Of a stretch of DNA of 64,000 nt, positions 61,889 through 64,000 are shown piece by piece; positions within the stretch are counted from its first letter, which is position 1; every line of letters begins with the position of its first letter. Source of the DNA: Gemmatimonadota bacterium (GTDB taxonomy: Bacteria > Gemmatimonadota > Gemmatimonadetes > Gemmatimonadales > GWC2-71-9); NCBI GenBank assembly GCA_039588295.1, contig JBDHAB010000007.1:64001-128000 (forward strand). The letters are read 5' to 3'. The notes beneath the pieces are model-generated. The model saw nothing but the letters and a program-made list of their open reading frames with translations. It had not been told where the DNA came from and searched no databases. The position numbers and the translations under genes were made by a program.

Positions 61889-64000
61889 GGTTCACGGTCA
61901 CGTTGAGGGAGTCTGGATCGACACTCGGCGCTTCCGCGACGACCCAGGTCGTGCACGACAGTGTCGCCGTGCCGGCGTAACTCAGCGTGGATGTAGTGCT
62001 CACCAGCCCCGTCGGGATCGTCACCGGGGAGGTGGCCGCGACGCAGGTCGGATCTCTCGGTGTGAGGGTCACGTCCACGCCGGGTGACGGCGCCGCGATG
62101 GCCGAGCCGCCGCTTTCCAGCTGGACGGTGATGTCCGTGCCGAAACTCGCGTTGATGGTGGCGAAGGTTTGGATGATGTTCAGGTTCGCCGTGGTCGAAA
62201 CGGTCGACTGCGCCGTTCCGAAGTCGGTGGTGGTTCCGGTGACCGTCGCGGTGCCCGGCGACACGCCAGATACGGTTCCATTGGCGGTCTGCAATCCTTC
62301 GGGGATGGTGACGGTCGGCGTCAGCACCCCGACTGCCGCCGGGTCACTGCTCACCAACGTCACGTCCACTCCGCCGGCGGGGGCCGGCGTGGAGATTTGC
62401 ACGGGCATCGATGCCGTCCCGCCCAACGGGACGTTCAGCGTTGCCGGCAGGCTCAGTACCTGCACCGACACGGTCACCAACAACGTGCCCTCGGTGTAGC
62501 CGGGTGCGATGCCGCGTATGACAGAGGTGCCGCCCGCAACACCGGTCAGTGTCGTCTGCCCGGTCGTTTGACCCTCTGGAATTGGCACTACGGGCGTTTC
62601 GACCGCCACGACCGCCGGGTTGTCGGATGTCACGTCGACCACAACACCGCCGACGGGGGCCGGGGCCGTGAGCGTGATGTCGAGTGTCCCCGAGCCGCCC
62701 AGGACAATTCGATCGGTCCCACCCGCCAGTGCGAGGAGCACTGTGGGGTTCGGGAAGATTGCCGTCGCCGTAAACACGACGGGAGTGAGACCCGCAACGG
62801 TCGCGGTTGCGGACTGGTTGATGTCGCCTGTGCCCAACGTCCACACGGTCTGTGACCGTCCTGCGGCGTCGGTCGTGCCGGTGGCGGGTACGACCGATCC
62901 CGTGCGGGAATCCCACAGCACGGTCACGCCGGGTACCGGGTTCCCCCCCGCGTCCTGCACTTCGACCACGAGCGGCTGGGGCAGGGTGGTCCCCGCGTCC
63001 GCTGATTGATCGTCGCCCGACACGAGGATGACCGCTGCCGGCGGGCCGACGGTGCCCGTTGCGGTGAACACCACGTCAGGCAGACCGAGCAGGCTGGCTG
63101 TCAGCGTGTTCGAACCCACCGCGCCAAGGGTCCACGTGCCGACCGATGCAATGCCACTGGCGTCGGTGACCGGGTTGTTGACCTCGATGCTTCCGCCACC
63201 TGCCGTGACGGCGAAGTTCACCGTCACGCCCGCAATCGGGTTGCTCCCTGCGTCGGTTACGAGCACGGTGGGTGCTACGGCAACCGCAGTACCTGCCAGT
63301 GCCGATTGTCCATCGCCGGCGCTGGCGCTCATGGTGGTCGCGCCACCGGGGCCGGTGGCATTGGCGGTGAACACGACCGGCATGAGCGATTCCGCCGTGA
63401 CGCTGAGGGTGTTCACGCCGATCGCGGGCCCGAGTACCCAGCTGCCCACCGCGGCGACGCCATTTGCGTCCGTGACGGGCGTGGCGCCCGTCACGGTCCC
63501 ACCGCCGCCGGTTACGGCGAACGTGACGGTCACGTCCGGCACGGGGTTCCCTTGTGGATCCGTCACCCGCACCGTTGGGGGCGTGCCCACGGCGCTACCT
63601 ACCACTGCGCTCTGGCCGTCACCGTCCACGATCGTTATACCACCGGGTTCCGTGGCTTGACCCGTCGCCGTGAAGGTCGCGGTAACCCCAGGCAACCGGG
63701 CTGTCGTTGCCTGGACGATCTGCGAGCCGATCATCTGGCCGAGAGTCCACTGCACGGACGCGCGCCCAGTGGCGTCAGTGAGTGCAGAATCGGCCGAGAG
63801 CGTGCCGCCTCCCGCGACCACCGTGAACCGCACCCACTGGTCCGCCACACCGATGCCATCGCTCGCCGTGACACGAGCGACGAGGGGGGCGGGTAGCAGG
63901 CTCCCCGGTGGCTCACTCTGTCCCGACCCCGACTCGGCAACCAACGCCGCGGGCGGAAGTTCGACGGTGAGCAACACCGTGTCCGCTTGACCCGTGAGCA
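59164..64000 (-). CDS. Giant Ig-like repeat surface protein; 5' end beyond the window; frameshifted at about 61130 (shown as two ORFs in the track)
   Basis: Open frame from the window edge; Big_1-like repeats (GDGQSA..G...P.V.V.D..GNPV..V.V.F.V..GGG) followed by four ~230-aa repeats that continue across the ORF break. Confidence 0.85.

Overview
High-GC bacterial chromosomal window with about 50 CDS. I found no tRNA, rRNA, CRISPR array, integrase or transposase. The gene families (GWxTD-like protein, gluzincin-PD40-BamA-like fusion, 'GDGQ' Ig-like surface protein) suggest Gemmatimonadota; this is inference. The main candidate for an undescribed system is a tightly coupled cluster at 6747-14953. 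It encodes a degenerate HD protein, a MmgE/PrpD dehydratase, a fungal-type single-chain homoaconitase, a homoisocitrate-dehydrogenase-like enzyme, a CitD-CitE fusion, CitF and a small Zn-ribbon protein. It reads as a complete homocitrate/2-oxoadipate (C7 tricarboxylate) pathway in which a citrate-lyase-like enzyme takes the place of homocitrate synthase. Flanking genes encode an ArcE-like (arginine synthetase) P-loop protein, a PPi-type phosphofructokinase, an ADP-forming acyl-CoA synthetase (absent from the ORF track) and an archaeal-type HMG-CoA synthase/thiolase/DUF35 triad. The rest is mostly housekeeping and envelope genes (cls, osmC, moaA, pntAB, arfB, acnA, tkt-pgi-rpiA). It also holds a thioredoxin pseudogene, heptamer-periodic intergenic repeats and a giant surface protein with four ~690-bp repeats, two of which carry deletions at the same homologous site. 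All family calls come from motif recognition by eye; no searches were run.
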